NCBI GenBank assembly: GCA_963667255.1
Contig: OY762940.1
Location: 96,001-160,000, forward strand
Origin: Candidatus Cloacimonadota bacterium
Lineage (GTDB): Bacteria; Cloacimonadota; Cloacimonadia; G963667145
DNA length: 64,000 bases
Direction: 5' to 3'
Positions 21,589-34,187 of this stretch are shown here, in pieces. Under the pieces are notes generated by a model. That model ran no database searches. It was not told where the DNA came from and was given only the letters and a program-made list of their open reading frames with translations. The position numbers and the translations under genes are program-made. Positions within the stretch are counted from its first letter, which is position 1. Every line of letters begins with the position of its first letter.

Positions 21589-21855
21589 TCCTAACATCGT
21601 GCCTTGCAACTATGGACTGTAATGACCCATCTCAAAAATTTATTTTAATTTATAATTTGACAATAGTTAAGCAAAAACGCTTCTGTCTATCATAGTGATA
21701 CAGTCGCTTTTAACATCGGTTTTTGTAGTAAAATATCTTTGCCTTATCATCAGTTATTTGATTCTTGCTTAGAATAAGAATTGAGTTCATTTTATCAGTA
21801 AAGAACCTTTCAAAAAGATGTATTGTGTTAAATTTATTCTAAGGAGTCCTAAAAA

Positions 21856-22056
21856 ATGGAACAAGGAACTGTTAAGTGGTTTAACGATACCAAAGGCTTT
21901 GGTTTTATCCAAAGAGACAATGGTGGTGATCTTTTCGTTCATCATTCTAGCATCGTTGCAGAGGGTTTCAAAACTCTTGCAGAAGGAGCTCGCGTTTCTT
22001 TTGATGTTGAGGAGAGTGACAAAGGTCCTCGTGCAGCCTCTGTAAAAGTTATCTAA
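21856..22056 (+). CDS. Cold-shock protein (Csp family)
   Basis: GTVKWFN..KGFGFI, LFVHHS. Confidence 0.96.
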   Translation: MEQGTVKWFNDTKGFGFIQRDNGGDLFVHHSSIVAEGFKTLAEGARVSFDVEESDKGPRAASVKVI

Positions 22057-22077
22057 TTTATAATAGTAAGAGACTTT

Positions 22078-22106
22078 TAAAGCTATCCATTTTTGGGTAG
22101 CTTTTT
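22078..22106 (+). terminator. Intrinsic terminator after csp
   Basis: AAAGCTATCC...GGGTAGCTTT followed by T-tract. Confidence 0.7.
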
Positions 22107-22232
22107 GTTTAGACAAATCTTTGACAATTACACAACTGCAAATTTATAGGTTGCAAAAGTGTAGAAACTCTTTTATCTCAAAAATTTTGAGAAATTAAAA
22201 TCCAAACCAAATCCGAGGAAGGTAATTTAAAA

Positions 22233-23768
22233 ATGGAAAAAACCGAAACAGTTATCATCATAGATTTTGGCGGTCAATACAAACAACTCATTGCCAGAAG
22301 AGTAAGAGAAGCAAGCGTTTATTGTCAGATATTGTCCTATACAACACCACTGGAGAAGATACTGTCTTTTGAGCCAAAAGCACTGATTTTTACAGGCGGA
22401 CCTTCCAGCGTTTACGAAGAGAAATCTCCGCAAATTGACAAAAAAATCTTCGAACTGGGCATTCCCATTTTGGGAATTTGCTATGGCGGACAATTAATCG
22501 CTCACTATTTCGGCGGAACTGTAACTCAAGCAAATCAAAGAGAATACGGCAAAATCGAACTCAATCACAACCCAGAGAACGCCCTTTTCAAAAAATTGCC
22601 CAATCCTTCCACAGTTTGGATGAGCCATACGGATTTCATCGAGTCCACTCCAAAAGGCTTTGAAATTACTGCTTCCACGAAACATTGTCCTGTAGCCGCA
22701 TTGCAAAACAGCGAAAAGAAAATCTATGCTGTGCAATTCCACCCAGAAGTGGAGCACACCCAAATGGGTAGCCAGATAATCAGAAATTTCCTTTTTGAGA
22801 TTTGCAACCTGAAAGGCGACTGGAATATGAGCAGTTTTACCCATACGGCTATCGAGCAAGTGAAAAGCACCGTGCAGGACAAGAAAATCATCTGTGCTCT
22901 CTCCGGCGGTGTCGATTCGTCCGTAGCAGCGGTTTTGGTGCATCAAGCCTGCAAAGATAATCTGACCTGCATCTTCGTCGATCACGGACTTTTGCGACAA
23001 AACGAAGCCCAAGAAATAGAAGAATTGTTCCGAGATAAATTCCACTTAAACTTAATCTGTGTAAATGCAAAACAACGCTTTCTCTCTAAGTTGCAAGGAG
23101 TTAGCGACCCCGAGCGGAAAAGAAAAATTATCGGCGAAGAGTTCATCAGAGTTTTCGAGGAAGAAGCGTCCAAATTGGGCAAAATCGATTTTTTGGTGCA
23201 AGGAACTGTCTACCCCGATGTCATCGAGAGTGGCACGGATACCGCTTCGGTTATCAAGAGTCACCACAATGTGGGCGGGCTGCCTGACGATGTGCAATTC
23301 AAACTCATCGAACCTCTGCGAGAGCTTTTCAAAGACGAAGTTCGCCAAGTTGGTTTGGAGTTGGGGTTGCCCGAAGAAGTGGTGTGGAGACAGCCTTTCC
23401 CCGGTCCGGGACTCGCCATCAGGATTTTGGGTGAGATCACCGAAGAGAAAATCGCCCTCGTGCAAAAGTCTGACGCCATCCTTCGCGAAGAGATAAAAAT
23501 CGCCGGATTGGACAGAGAGATTTGGCAATATTTCACCGCTCTGCCGAACATAAAAAGCGTAGGCGTGATGGGCGACCAAAGGACATACTGCCACACTATC
23601 GCCATCCGAGCGGTGACCAGTAGCGACGGGATGACCAGCCAAGTGGCTCAAATCCCTTATCCTGTCTTGGAAAAAATATCTTCTCGGATAGTGAACGAAA
23701 TCGAGAAAATCAACCGCGTAGTTTACGATATCACGAGCAAACCACCGTCAACTATCGAGTGGGAGTAG
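22233..23768 (+). CDS. guaA: GMP synthase (glutamine-hydrolysing)
   Basis: [33 protein letters not shown]. Confidence 0.97.
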   Translation: MEKTETVIIIDFGGQYKQLIARRVREASVYCQILSYTTPLEKILSFEPKALIFTGGPSSVYEEKSPQIDKKIFELGIPILGICYGGQLIAHYFGGTVTQANQREYGKIELNHNPENALFKKLPNPSTVWMSHTDFIESTPKGFEITASTKHCPVAALQNSEKKIYAVQFHPEVEHTQMGSQIIRNFLFEICNLKGDWNMSSFTHTAIEQVKSTVQDKKIICALSGGVDSSVAAVLVHQACKDNLTCIFVDHGLLRQNEAQEIEELFRDKFHLNLICVNAKQRFLSKLQGVSDPERKRKIIGEEFIRVFEEEASKLGKIDFLVQGTVYPDVIESGTDTASVIKSHHNVGGLPDDVQFKLIEPLRELFKDEVRQVGLELGLPEEVVWRQPFPGPGLAIRILGEITEEKIALVQKSDAILREEIKIAGLDREIWQYFTALPNIKSVGVMGDQRTYCHTIAIRAVTSSDGMTSQVAQIPYPVLEKISSRIVNEIEKINRVVYDITSKPPSTIEWE

Positions 23769-24491
23769 TTAGAGAAGATTTTTGAAAACTTCCCCGATTT
23801 TAGCATTGATTACCAAATTCGCTTGAGTGTCGATTTGGGTTTCGCCCTTGTTGATTAGCACCAATTTATTTCCACGATAATATTGCACCAAGCCAGCTGC
23901 GGGATAAACCACCAAAGAAGTTCCACCGATAATCAACATTTCGGCATTTTTAATAGCTTCAACTGCTCCTTTGATAACTTCTTGGTCTAAGCCTTCTTCA
24001 TACAGCACCACATCAGGCTTGATGATGCCACCACACTCGCACAAAGGCACACCATCACAACTTGCCACAGCCTCCACAGGATAAAACTTGCTACACTTCT
24101 GACAATAGTTTCGCAAAACCGAGCCATGCAACTCATAAACCATCTTGCTTCCGGCAGCCTGATGAAGCCCGTCAACATTCTGCGTAACCACAGCTCTCAG
24201 CTTCCCTTGCTTCTCAATCTCCGCCAAAGCCAAATGAGCAGAGTTCGGCTTCGCATCAAGAGACAAAACTTTGTCCCGATAAAAAGTAAAAAACTTTTTC
24301 GGCTCTTTTTCAAAAAACGAATGGCTCAACATATACTCGGGCGAATATTTGTATTTCTGCTTATAAAGTCCGTTGGGACTGCGAAAATCGGGAATCCCGC
24401 TCTCCGTGGAAACTCCTGCTCCTCCAAAGAAAACTATGTTATCACAACCATCTATCATCTTCTTCAATTGCAAAATCTTGTCGTTCATCAT
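23769..24491 (-). CDS. cobB: NAD-dependent deacylase, sirtuin family
   Basis: GAGVSTESGIPDFRS, TQNVDGLH, HGS, Zn Cys pairs, GTSL. Confidence 0.9.
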   Translation of the reverse strand: MMNDKILQLKKMIDGCDNIVFFGGAGVSTESGIPDFRSPNGLYKQKYKYSPEYMLSHSFFEKEPKKFFTFYRDKVLSLDAKPNSAHLALAEIEKQGKLRAVVTQNVDGLHQAAGSKMVYELHGSVLRNYCQKCSKFYPVEAVASCDGVPLCECGGIIKPDVVLYEEGLDQEVIKGAVEAIKNAEMLIIGGTSLVVYPAAGLVQYYRGNKLVLINKGETQIDTQANLVINAKIGEVFKNLL

Positions 24492-24521
24492 CTCAATTTC
24501 CTCTCCAAAACCACAAACAAA

Positions 24522-24995
24522 CTAACTACAAATCTTCTTCACTATCTCTATTGGAACGGAAGTTCGCTTGGCAACCTCTTCCAAATTCATACCCGAAGCG
24601 AAAAATCTCCTCACAAAGCACGGAACGCTTTCGCCTATTTCCACCAAATTCCCCTCAGGGTCATAAAATCTAATCGTCCTCTGACCCCACGGCTCCTCTT
24701 GCTCACGATGTAAATATTTTGGGCTATACTCGGCAATCTTTTTTAAGACTTCATCAAAACTCTCAGTCTCAAAACAAATCTCCAAATTCTGATTGCCATT
24801 TTCGCTAAATTTCCTACCCAATTTTGCCGTTATCGGCATCTCCTCATTCAGTTCCCACAGTGCAATCCCACACTTAAATCCAATGCAACCACCAAAATCA
24901 ACCTCAATTTCTTGCTCCAACACATCCCGATAAAAAATTTTCATCTCTTCCAAGTTTTTTACCATCAACACACTCGAACTAAAATTTATCGCCAT
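24522..24995 (-). CDS. VOC/glyoxalase family protein
   Basis: FYRDVL, EPWGQRTIRFYDPEGNLVEIGE. Confidence 0.88.
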   Translation of the reverse strand: MAINFSSSVLMVKNLEEMKIFYRDVLEQEIEVDFGGCIGFKCGIALWELNEEMPITAKLGRKFSENGNQNLEICFETESFDEVLKKIAEYSPKYLHREQEEPWGQRTIRFYDPEGNLVEIGESVPCFVRRFFASGMNLEEVAKRTSVPIEIVKKICS

Positions 24996-25085
24996 ATCTC
25001 CCCCTTATTTTGCCAATAAAAAATCCACTCACAAAAAATGCAAGTGGATAGGAATTATTTTGAATTATTAACAGAGTTTAGCCCT

Positions 25086-25577
25086 CTATTCCAAAATTTT
25101 CTCATAAAACTGTTCGGTTAGATTTCTTCCCCAAATTTTATGGACAACATCCTCTTTCCAAATAAACCCATTTTTTTTATATATGCTAATTGCTTGCACT
25201 AATTCATCTTCAGTCCACAAAATTATCTTACAATAATTCATCTCTCTGGCAAACTCAATTGCGTTCTGAATTAGCTGCCTGCCAATTCCCAAACCTTGAA
25301 GTGAACTATCCAAAATAAACCATCTCAATTGAGCTGTGTCAGAGTCTTTTTTTACTATTGCTATGCAACCCAAAACTTTGCCTGCTGATTTAACAATCCA
25401 AATTCTTTCATCTCGTTCATCTCGTGAAGCAAAATCGACCAAAGGAGAAGCAACATACGATTCAAATGTGTCATCATACCCATAATTTTTGTTATAATAC
25501 TCAACATGCAGTTTGATAACTCCTTGAATATCAACAGAGTCAATGCTATTAGTTATTATAAAATCACTTTCTCTCAT
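25086..25577 (-). CDS. GNAT family N-acetyltransferase
   Basis: AQLRWF, QGLGIG motif A, AISIYKKNGF. Confidence 0.88.
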   Translation of the reverse strand: MRESDFIITNSIDSVDIQGVIKLHVEYYNKNYGYDDTFESYVASPLVDFASRDERDERIWIVKSAGKVLGCIAIVKKDSDTAQLRWFILDSSLQGLGIGRQLIQNAIEFAREMNYCKIILWTEDELVQAISIYKKNGFIWKEDVVHKIWGRNLTEQFYEKILE

Positions 25578-25857
25578 AAAAAACTTTCCCTACACTTTTG
25601 ATATGCTCAATTAAATCAGAATTTTCTATCTTATCAAAAATAGAAACATCAAAATTGTATGGTAACAACAAATTATCAAACTCAACTTCAATTTTAAAAA
25701 GAGTGTTCAAGCTCAATCCGTCACCAATCAAACTAATATCAATGTCAGAATTTTTTTGATAATTCCCCATTGCACGAGAACCATACAAGACCGCCTTATG
25801 AATTTCAGGAAAATTTACAAAAACCCGCTTTATTCTATCTATATTTTCTTGTCGCAA
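25564..25857 (-). CDS. Minimal nucleotidyltransferase (MNT) domain protein, probably 5'-truncated
   Basis: LYGSRAMG...SDID motif; only a TTG start with no RBS. Confidence 0.8.
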   Translation of the reverse strand: MRQENIDRIKRVFVNFPEIHKAVLYGSRAMGNYQKNSDIDISLIGDGLSLNTLFKIEVEFDNLLLPYNFDVSIFDKIENSDLIEHIKSVGKVFYERK

Positions 25858-25894
25858 ACCGTTGTTCCCATCTGATATCTTTTGTTTCTTCCAT
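25835..25894 (-). pseudogene. N-terminal relic of an HI0074-family HEPN protein
   Basis: MEETKDIRWEQRF then runs out of frame into the MNT gene; DIRWxQRF is the typical HI0074-family N-terminus. Confidence 0.7.
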
Positions 25895-26010
25895 GTAACA
25901 GATTACCTTCACTAAAACTATTTTGCAGTATTTCCCAAAATTCCTTTCATCGCTCCAGTCGCACCAAAAAACAAAGTGTTGATTCTTTATTAAGTTCCTT
26001 CGCCTGCTTC

Positions 26011-26838
26011 CTAAAAATTAAAGTTAACCTTTAATTCTCTCTCTTCTCCATTTCTAATAATTTTCAAAATAGATTTTTTCTGAAAATCTGGAATTGAATT
26101 CATGAGTTCAATTGCATGATTAGCATTTCTAACAAGAACACCATCAATTTGAATAATTATATCTCCTACTAAAAGATTAGAATAAAAAGCAGGAGAATTT
26201 TCAAAAACTATGTTGATTACTGCACCAGTATTTCTCTGAAAATAAAATCTTTGTTCTGAAGAAAGATTTCCGACACCAACACCAAATTTAAATTTCTTAT
26301 TAATTTTGACAAAAAAAACTGCCAACTGATCATAGCGATCTTGATGTGTAGTAATCGGAATAGCTTTTGTCCCATATGTTGTAGCAGAACCACTATATGA
26401 TCCCAAAGTCGAACTAGATCCAAGATAGCCACTAGTTAAACTACTATATGAAGTATTACCATATACATTCCCAGAAAAATAAGTAGTTTTATTATCAGGC
26501 ACAAAAAAATTAGTGGTAGTAGTTCTTGTATCGGTATATGTTGAAGAAACAAGCACTAAAAGAGCTCCTACTTTTTTTGCTTGTTTGATAAGACCTCTTC
26601 TTCCTTCATACCCACCATTGAAACTTGAATATCCAATCGGTAAATATTTCATCGAACGAAGATGTTGAATATCCTTCTCAAAATTATCTGATCTAAAAAT
26701 TTCAGGTTCATTTCCTTCCCCTAATGTTTCAACATCTTGAAGTTTAGAAATATCAACATATTGTTCATAAAATTTTTCATACCCACTTATAGCACAACCA
26801 AGCAGAGTAACACTAAAAAGCATCAAAAATTTTTTCAT
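26011..26838 (-). CDS. Lipoprotein with C-terminal PDZ domain
   Basis: LLGC lipobox; V..NSPA....L.VGDII..IDG...R.GE PDZ pattern. Confidence 0.8.
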   Translation of the reverse strand: MKKFLMLFSVTLLGCAISGYEKFYEQYVDISKLQDVETLGEGNEPEIFRSDNFEKDIQHLRSMKYLPIGYSSFNGGYEGRRGLIKQAKKVGALLVLVSSTYTDTRTTTTNFFVPDNKTTYFSGNVYGNTSYSSLTSGYLGSSSTLGSYSGSATTYGTKAIPITTHQDRYDQLAVFFVKINKKFKFGVGVGNLSSEQRFYFQRNTGAVINIVFENSPAFYSNLLVGDIIIQIDGVLVRNANHAIELMNSIPDFQKKSILKIIRNGEERELKVNFNF

Positions 26839-26973
26839 TCCATTTAACCCTCCCTTTTATCGAATGTAACATGTCCAAACATTGTCAGTTATGTCAAAGC
26901 TATTTTTCCCCAAAAACATCCCAATCCGAAATTACAGGTCAATTATCAATTATAACCTATTGAATTATCAATT

Positions 26974-27012
26974 AACTAAGAGGTTTTTTATTGCAAATAA
27001 AAAAGCTCTTAG

Positions 27013-27014
<2 letters not shown>
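26974..27014 (-). terminator. Hairpin at the rrn operon 3' end
   Basis: AACTAAGAG-G-TTTTTTATT / AATAAAAAA-G-CTCTTAGTT inverted repeat abutting 5S. Confidence 0.55.
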
Positions 27015-27130
<116 letters not shown>

Positions 27131-27297
27131 CAAAGAGCTTTAAACAAATCGTTATGATAAAAAAGTTGGTGAGATATTAAAAAGAAAAAAATAAGCCAAT
27201 GGAACAATTAGTATCACTCGGCTGAGAGCATTACTACTCTTACACCTGTGACCTATCAACGTTGTAGTCTCCAACGGTTCTCATAGGGAAATCTATT

Positions 27298-27339
<42 letters not shown>

Positions 27340-27456
27340 TTCCAAACTTAGCTACTCGGCAATGCAGCTGACGCCACAACCGATACACCAGAGGTTTGTT
27401 CACACCGGTCCTCTCGTACTAGATGCAAATCCTCTCAAATTTCCTACTCCCACGAA

Positions 27457-27503
<47 letters not shown>

Positions 27504-27526
27504 ACTCTTTAATTGGCGAACAGCCA

Positions 27527-27557
<31 letters not shown>

Positions 27558-27613
27558 AGTTGAGCCGACATCGAGGTGCCAAACACCGCCGTCGATATGA
27601 ACTCTTAGGCGGT

Positions 27614-27646
<33 letters not shown>

Positions 27647-27804
27647 TTTGAGCAACGGCCCTTCCATACAGAGCCGCCGGATCACTAAGACCTGCTTTCG
27701 CATCTGCTCGACCCGTCAGTCTCGCAGTTAAGCTCCCTTATACCTTTATGCTCTTCGATTGATTGCCGACCAATCTGAGGGAACCTTTGTAAGCCTCCGT
27801 TACT

Positions 27805-27837
<33 letters not shown>

Positions 27838-28088
27838 ACCAGACAATGTCTGCTAGTAGGGTAACTACTAGCGTTAGTGATTCAACAACATAAGGGTGGT
27901 ATTTCAAGGTTGACTCCACGGCGACTAGCGTCACCGCTTCAAAATCTCCCACCTATCCTACACATACCTCATCAAATCACAATGTCAAGCTATAGTAAAG
28001 GTTCACGGGGTCTTTCCGTCCGTTCGCGGGTAGGCGGCATCTTCACCGCCACTACAATTTCACCGAGATCCTGGTTGAGACAGTATTC

Positions 28089-28185
<97 letters not shown>

Positions 28186-28881
28186 ACTCAAGAGCTTGCA
28201 CTCTCTCACTTAACCTTCCGGCACCGGGCAGGTGTCAGTCTATATACTTTCTTTTGCAAGTTTGCATAGACCTGTGTTTTTGATAAACAGTCGCTTGAAT
28301 CTTTTCACTGCGGCCGGGGGCATGCTCATACCGCGAAGGTAATCACTTCCCCCGGCACCCCTTCTCCCGAAGTTACGGGGTCAATATGCCGAGTTCCTTA
28401 ACCAGAATTCTCTCGAACACCTTAGGATACTCTCCTCACCCACCTGAGTCGGTTTGGGGTACGGTCTGTTATGACATAAACGCTTAGAAGTTATTTCTTG
28501 GCAGCACTATAGGTGGACTTTGCGAGCATAAGCTCTCGTCCTGTGTCTCAGAATATTGCTCGGCGGATTTGCCAACCGAACTTCTTACGCACATTCAACA
28601 CCACTTTCAGCCGGTGTCTCCACTGCAACGCCGCGTCACTCCATCACTTCCCATAACAGGTTCTGGAATATTAACCAGATTCCCATCAGCTACCCTGGAA
28701 ACCAGACTCGCCTTAGGGGCCGACTAACCCTGAGCAGATTTTCTTTACTCAGGAAACCTTGGGTTTTCGGTGTGCGGACTTCTCATCCGCATTATCGCTA
28801 CTCATGCTAGCATTCTCTCTTGTAGCCACTCCAGCATCTCTTACAAGACACCTTCAACGCCGACTACAATGCTCTCCTACC

Positions 28882-29190
28882 CCAAGCACCTATTTTTAAC
28901 TTCAAACTTTATCAGAATTTTCAACTCTCTTTAATAAATGTCTTTTAGAATTGCCATTCTGTTTCAGCATTCTTTCTCTTTTTCTCGCATCACTTTCCGA
29001 TAAATAAGCTTCATAATATACAAGCTTCCAATTACCAAAACTTGTATACTCACTCTTACCACTCAAATGCTCAGAAATCCGTCATTTTAAATCCTTGGTG
29101 TAACCAATATAATGTAAGTTTCTATTTATTTCAGTAAATAGACATCATACATAGCTACTCCTTAATTCAAAATTAAAAATAGGTGCTTGG
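28882..29190 (-). other. 23S intervening sequence 1 (helix 45 position), 309 bp
   Basis: AT-rich insert between ...ACCGAAATCGCGG and GGTAGGAGAGCATTGTAG; 18-bp perfect terminal inverted repeat CCAAGCACCTATTTTTAA. Confidence 0.92.
28902..29152 (-). pseudogene. GIY-YIG nuclease pseudogene inside IVS1
   Basis: AAGGAG RBS; MYDVYLLK /frameshift/ RNLHYIGYTKDLK*RISEHLSGKSEYTSFGNWKLVYYEAYLSESDARKRERMLK... Confidence 0.85.
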
Positions 29191-29867
29191 CCGCGATTTC
29201 GGTATTATACTTATCAGTCCCGATCATCTTCGGTGCATTACCACTTAACCAGTGAGCTATTACGCACTCTTTAAATGATAGCTGCTTCTAAGCTAACATC
29301 CTGGCTGTCTTTGCAATAAAACATCCTTTCTCACTAAGTATAAATTTAGGGACCTTAATCGTCGGTTAGGGATCTTTCCCTCTCGCCCATGGAGCTTATC
29401 CCCCACAGACTGTCTCCCTTACATCAAATTACGGTATTCGGAGTTTATTAAGGTTCGGTAGGCTTGTAGGCCCCCTAGCCTAATTAGTGCTCTACCCCCG
29501 CAATTCTAATAAGAGGCACTGCCTAAACAGTTTTCGGAGAGAACCAGATATCGCCCGGTTTGATTGGCCTTTCACCCCTACCAACAGCTCATCCACTGAT
29601 TTTTCAACATCAGTTGGTTCGGTCCTCCATTTGGTTTTACCCAAACTTCAACCTGGCCATAGGTAGATCACCGGGTTTCGGGTCTAATCCTGCCAACTAA
29701 ACGCGCTATTAACACTCGCTTTCGCTTCGGCTCCATCACTTTATGATTTAACCTTGCTGACAAAATTAACTCGCTAGCTCATTATACAAAAGGCACGCCA
29801 TCGCCCGACAAGCAGGCTCTGACTGATTATAAACATACGGTTTCAGATACTATTTCACTCCCCTTCC

Positions 29868-29915
<48 letters not shown>

Positions 29916-30100
29916 AAAATGTATTTAGCCTTACCGGATGGTCCCGGCAGATTCAGACAGGGTTTCACGTGCCCCGCCCTACTTGGGATACTGCTACAGC
30001 AGATACAGAATTTCGTCTACAGGAGTTTCACCTTCTTCGCTCCAGCTTTCCAGCTAAGTTCGACTATCCTCTATCAGTCCGATATCGCAGTCCCGCAACC

Positions 30101-30179
30101 CCAAGCACCTATTTTTAACTCGTTTCTATTCTCTAATTCTGTTTGCAATTCCTTCTCAGAATTAAAAATAGGTGCTTGG
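30101..30179 (-). other. 23S intervening sequence 2 / extended helix in domain I (about E. coli nt 270), 79 bp
   Basis: Between GAGCCTAAA and GGTTGCGGGAC; same 18-bp terminal inverted repeat as IVS1. Confidence 0.85.
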
Positions 30180-30587
30180 TTTAGGCTCTTTCCCGTTCGC
30201 TCGCCACTACTTAGGAAATCATTATTTATTTTCTTTTCCTGCGGTTACCTTAGATGTTTCAATTCACCGCGTATGCCTCAAGTAAAGTACTTGATAGTCA
30301 GGTATAACCCTGACTGGGTTGCCCCATTCGGAAATTCCCGGGTCAAAGCTTGCTTACAGCTATCCGAGACTTATCGCAGCAAACCACGTCCTTCTTCGCC
30401 ATTTTTGCGCCAAGGCATTCACCGTATGCCCTTTCTACTTAATTTTTCGATTCTCTTTAATAATCTCACCACTTCTATAAAACTTCTTCTTAAAAGAACT
30501 ATAAAATAAATTACTAGCCCAAAAATTGAGCCATTAATTTATTCTTTATACTCATCAATCAAATCGCTCATCCATCACAAAAAAAAA

Positions 30588-30663
<76 letters not shown>

Positions 30664-30680
30664 GAGGCAAATTGCAGGCA

Positions 30681-30718
30681 ATTTGCAATTAATAAGTTAT
30701 AATTAAAAATTGATAATT
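30681..30718. repeat. Heptamer array, inverted partner of 31107-31144
   Basis: 28/38 complementary to the other arm (31/38 with G-U pairs). Confidence 0.7.
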
Positions 30719-30742
30719 ACCACTCCTAACCACCAAAAACAT

Positions 30743-31090
30743 CTAATTACTCTTAGATTTTTTAACTATTGTGGTCAGAAGTTTAATTATCTCTATCAAA
30801 TCACATTTGAGGCTATCAATTTCATCCTCTGTCAAATAAGCATCTGCCAACAAATCCAGCCAGTATTCTGTTTCTCCAGCCTCTTTGAGAGCTATTGACA
30901 GTTTTGATATGAAATCTTTTTTGCTTTGAGCGTTCTGACTTTCTCTGATATTAGCACCTATCGAAGTACCGCTTCTTAAAATCTGTTTCGAAAGCACATA
31001 CTCATTTTTGACAGCTGTCAGATGCCGATAAAACCTAACAATTCGCTTTGCAAACTGAAAAGCCTTGTCATAAACAATATTATCTTTCAT
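30743..31090 (-). CDS. Four-helix-bundle protein (23S IVS protein/S23/bAvd-like family)
   Basis: KQILRSGTSIGANIRE, SKKDFISKLSIALKEA.ET.YWL. Confidence 0.92.
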   Translation of the reverse strand: MKDNIVYDKAFQFAKRIVRFYRHLTAVKNEYVLSKQILRSGTSIGANIRESQNAQSKKDFISKLSIALKEAGETEYWLDLLADAYLTEDEIDSLKCDLIEIIKLLTTIVKKSKSN

Positions 31091-31106
31091 ATCTTCCCAA
31101 ACCCCA

Positions 31107-31143
31107 AATTATCATTTATCCATTGTCAATTATCAATTATAAA
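31107..31143. repeat. Degenerate heptamer array (TATCAAT-like x5)
   Basis: aat-tatcatt-tatccat-tgtcaat-tatcaat-tataaa, abutting the tRNA-Ile CCA end. Confidence 0.75.
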
Positions 31144-31220
<77 letters not shown>

Positions 31221-31285
31221 ATTAGGATTTAAAAAAATTATGTAGAGTAAACCAGAAGCCAATCTTTTGGTTTTTTTCCTTTAAA

Positions 31286-32851
<1,566 letters not shown>

Positions 32852-33203
32852 AATAAATTGTTTGATTTGATTGACTTTATTAGGTTTACTCTACACTTCT
32901 ATAAATTTTTCAAGTAACTAAATTCAACGAGAGCGATAATTGATTTTGGCGTTTTCGTGTCAAATATAATTTTCACTATTTTTTAACGCACAAAAAAAAC
33001 AATGTCTTCAATTTTTGTATTCAATATTTTCTCAACTGAAGACCTGCATTTAGACTCAAAAACTTCGCTCAATTGTGAATCTTATTTAAAACTACCTGTT
33101 TTGCCGTCAACACAATTTATTAGCTTTCTTATTTTTATGTGGCAATGAATGGTGGTAATTGTTTATTGGAAAAGAATAAGCAATTAATGATTTGTTTTCG
33201 ATA

Positions 33204-33299
33204 CTCGTTCCCAAGTTTTACTTGGGAATGCATACGAGACAAAGCATACTGTTAATTAATCAAAATATATACGCTCCCAAGCTGGAGCTTGGGAGCGAG
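33204..33299. repeat. Inverted doublet of REP-like palindromes
   Basis: CTCGTTCCCAAG-TTTTA-CTTGGGAATGCATAC and TATACGCTCCCAAG-CTGGAG-CTTGGGAGCGAG, flanked by a 16-bp direct repeat. Confidence 0.8.
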
Positions 33300-33305
33300 A
33301 AAACA

Positions 33306-33689
33306 TTAATGATTTGTTTTATTAAGAATTGGTTTATACTTTTCTATCAAATAAGTTTCCAAAGCCGATGTAAGAGCGTTGTCTTCTTTAGAAAAAGTCA
33401 GAACTGCTACTTGGCTATCATCTGTCATTTTCTCCAATTTTTCATCGGTGTTAAAGTGACTCCATAATCTATTTCCAGTATCAACATTACTCTTACCAAC
33501 ATAAACTACTTCGCCATCTGTGGATAGGATATAAACTCCAGGTTTTTTCTCAAATCTTGCCCAATTCGCATCTCTTACACTCGCTTCTGCTCCACCCAAG
33601 AGTTCACCTTTCTTAAAAATATTCAACACATAATCAAAATTGTGCTTTTGAGCATAAGACTCTGCGTCCTTCAATGCTTTTCTCAACAT
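33306..33689 (-). CDS. GIY-YIG nuclease domain protein
   Basis: PGVYIL...VVYVGKS...RLWSHF...LETYLIEKYKPILN. Confidence 0.85.
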   Translation of the reverse strand: MLRKALKDAESYAQKHNFDYVLNIFKKGELLGGAEASVRDANWARFEKKPGVYILSTDGEVVYVGKSNVDTGNRLWSHFNTDEKLEKMTDDSQVAVLTFSKEDNALTSALETYLIEKYKPILNKTNH

Positions 33690-33745
33690 GGAATCTCCTC
33701 TTTTATAACAATTTCTTACAATTATTCTAAAATCAAACTTAATTT

Positions 33746-34147
33746 TTAAAGATTACCATTTATCATTTCCAAGCCTTCAGCAACCCAATCTCTTCCACGC
33801 AAAACCCAACTTTCTATTTCTTCAAATTTGCTGTTGGAAACTCCCAATAATTTGGCAATATGCAAAGCTCCTTTCTTTTCTTCTTCTGCATATTCTCCAT
33901 CAACTATTGCTAATCTTATTACTTCTTGAATAGCTACTACTTTTGCCTTAGAACTCTCTAACAATTTGCAAGCCTCTTCTACTGATAAAATAATTGTATC
34001 AAAATCCAATTTAACACCATTCTCTTCTGCATATACCTTTAAAAATTCTTTTTCTTTATCCTTTAATTCATTATCAGCTTTCGCAATATCTACAAGCATT
34101 ATCAACAACGCTTGCTTTTCACTCATTTTTAATTGATCTAAAAACAT
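33746..34147 (-). CDS. TerB-like protein
   Basis: Twin motifs IAKADNELKDKE and LAIVDGEYAEEE, LLGVS. Confidence 0.8.
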   Translation of the reverse strand: MFLDQLKMSEKQALLIMLVDIAKADNELKDKEKEFLKVYAEENGVKLDFDTIILSVEEACKLLESSKAKVVAIQEVIRLAIVDGEYAEEEKKGALHIAKLLGVSNSKFEEIESWVLRGRDWVAEGLEMINGNL

Positions 34148-34187
34148 TTTTTTCCTAAAATTTTACATTTTTCTAATCTATATTATT

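Noticed and set aside
22107..22232. Purine riboswitch before guaA; also checked leaders of the BMP and pan operons
   Set aside because: No aptamer consensus recognised by eye; an Rfam/Infernal scan would be decisive
23700..23800. guaA 3' end as an island attachment site
   Set aside because: No integrase and no duplicated guaA end seen; a convergent sirtuin gene abuts directly
29082..29084. In-frame TGA as evidence of genetic-code reassignment
   Set aside because: TGA ends ordinary genes here (e.g. plsX, panB) and the same ORF also has a frameshift
28882..29190. IVS1 as a group I/II intron
   Set aside because: The ORF fills the loop; no space or motifs for a ribozyme core
30743..31090. Four-helix-bundle gene as a DGR Avd component
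   Set aside because: No reverse transcriptase or TR/VR pair in the window
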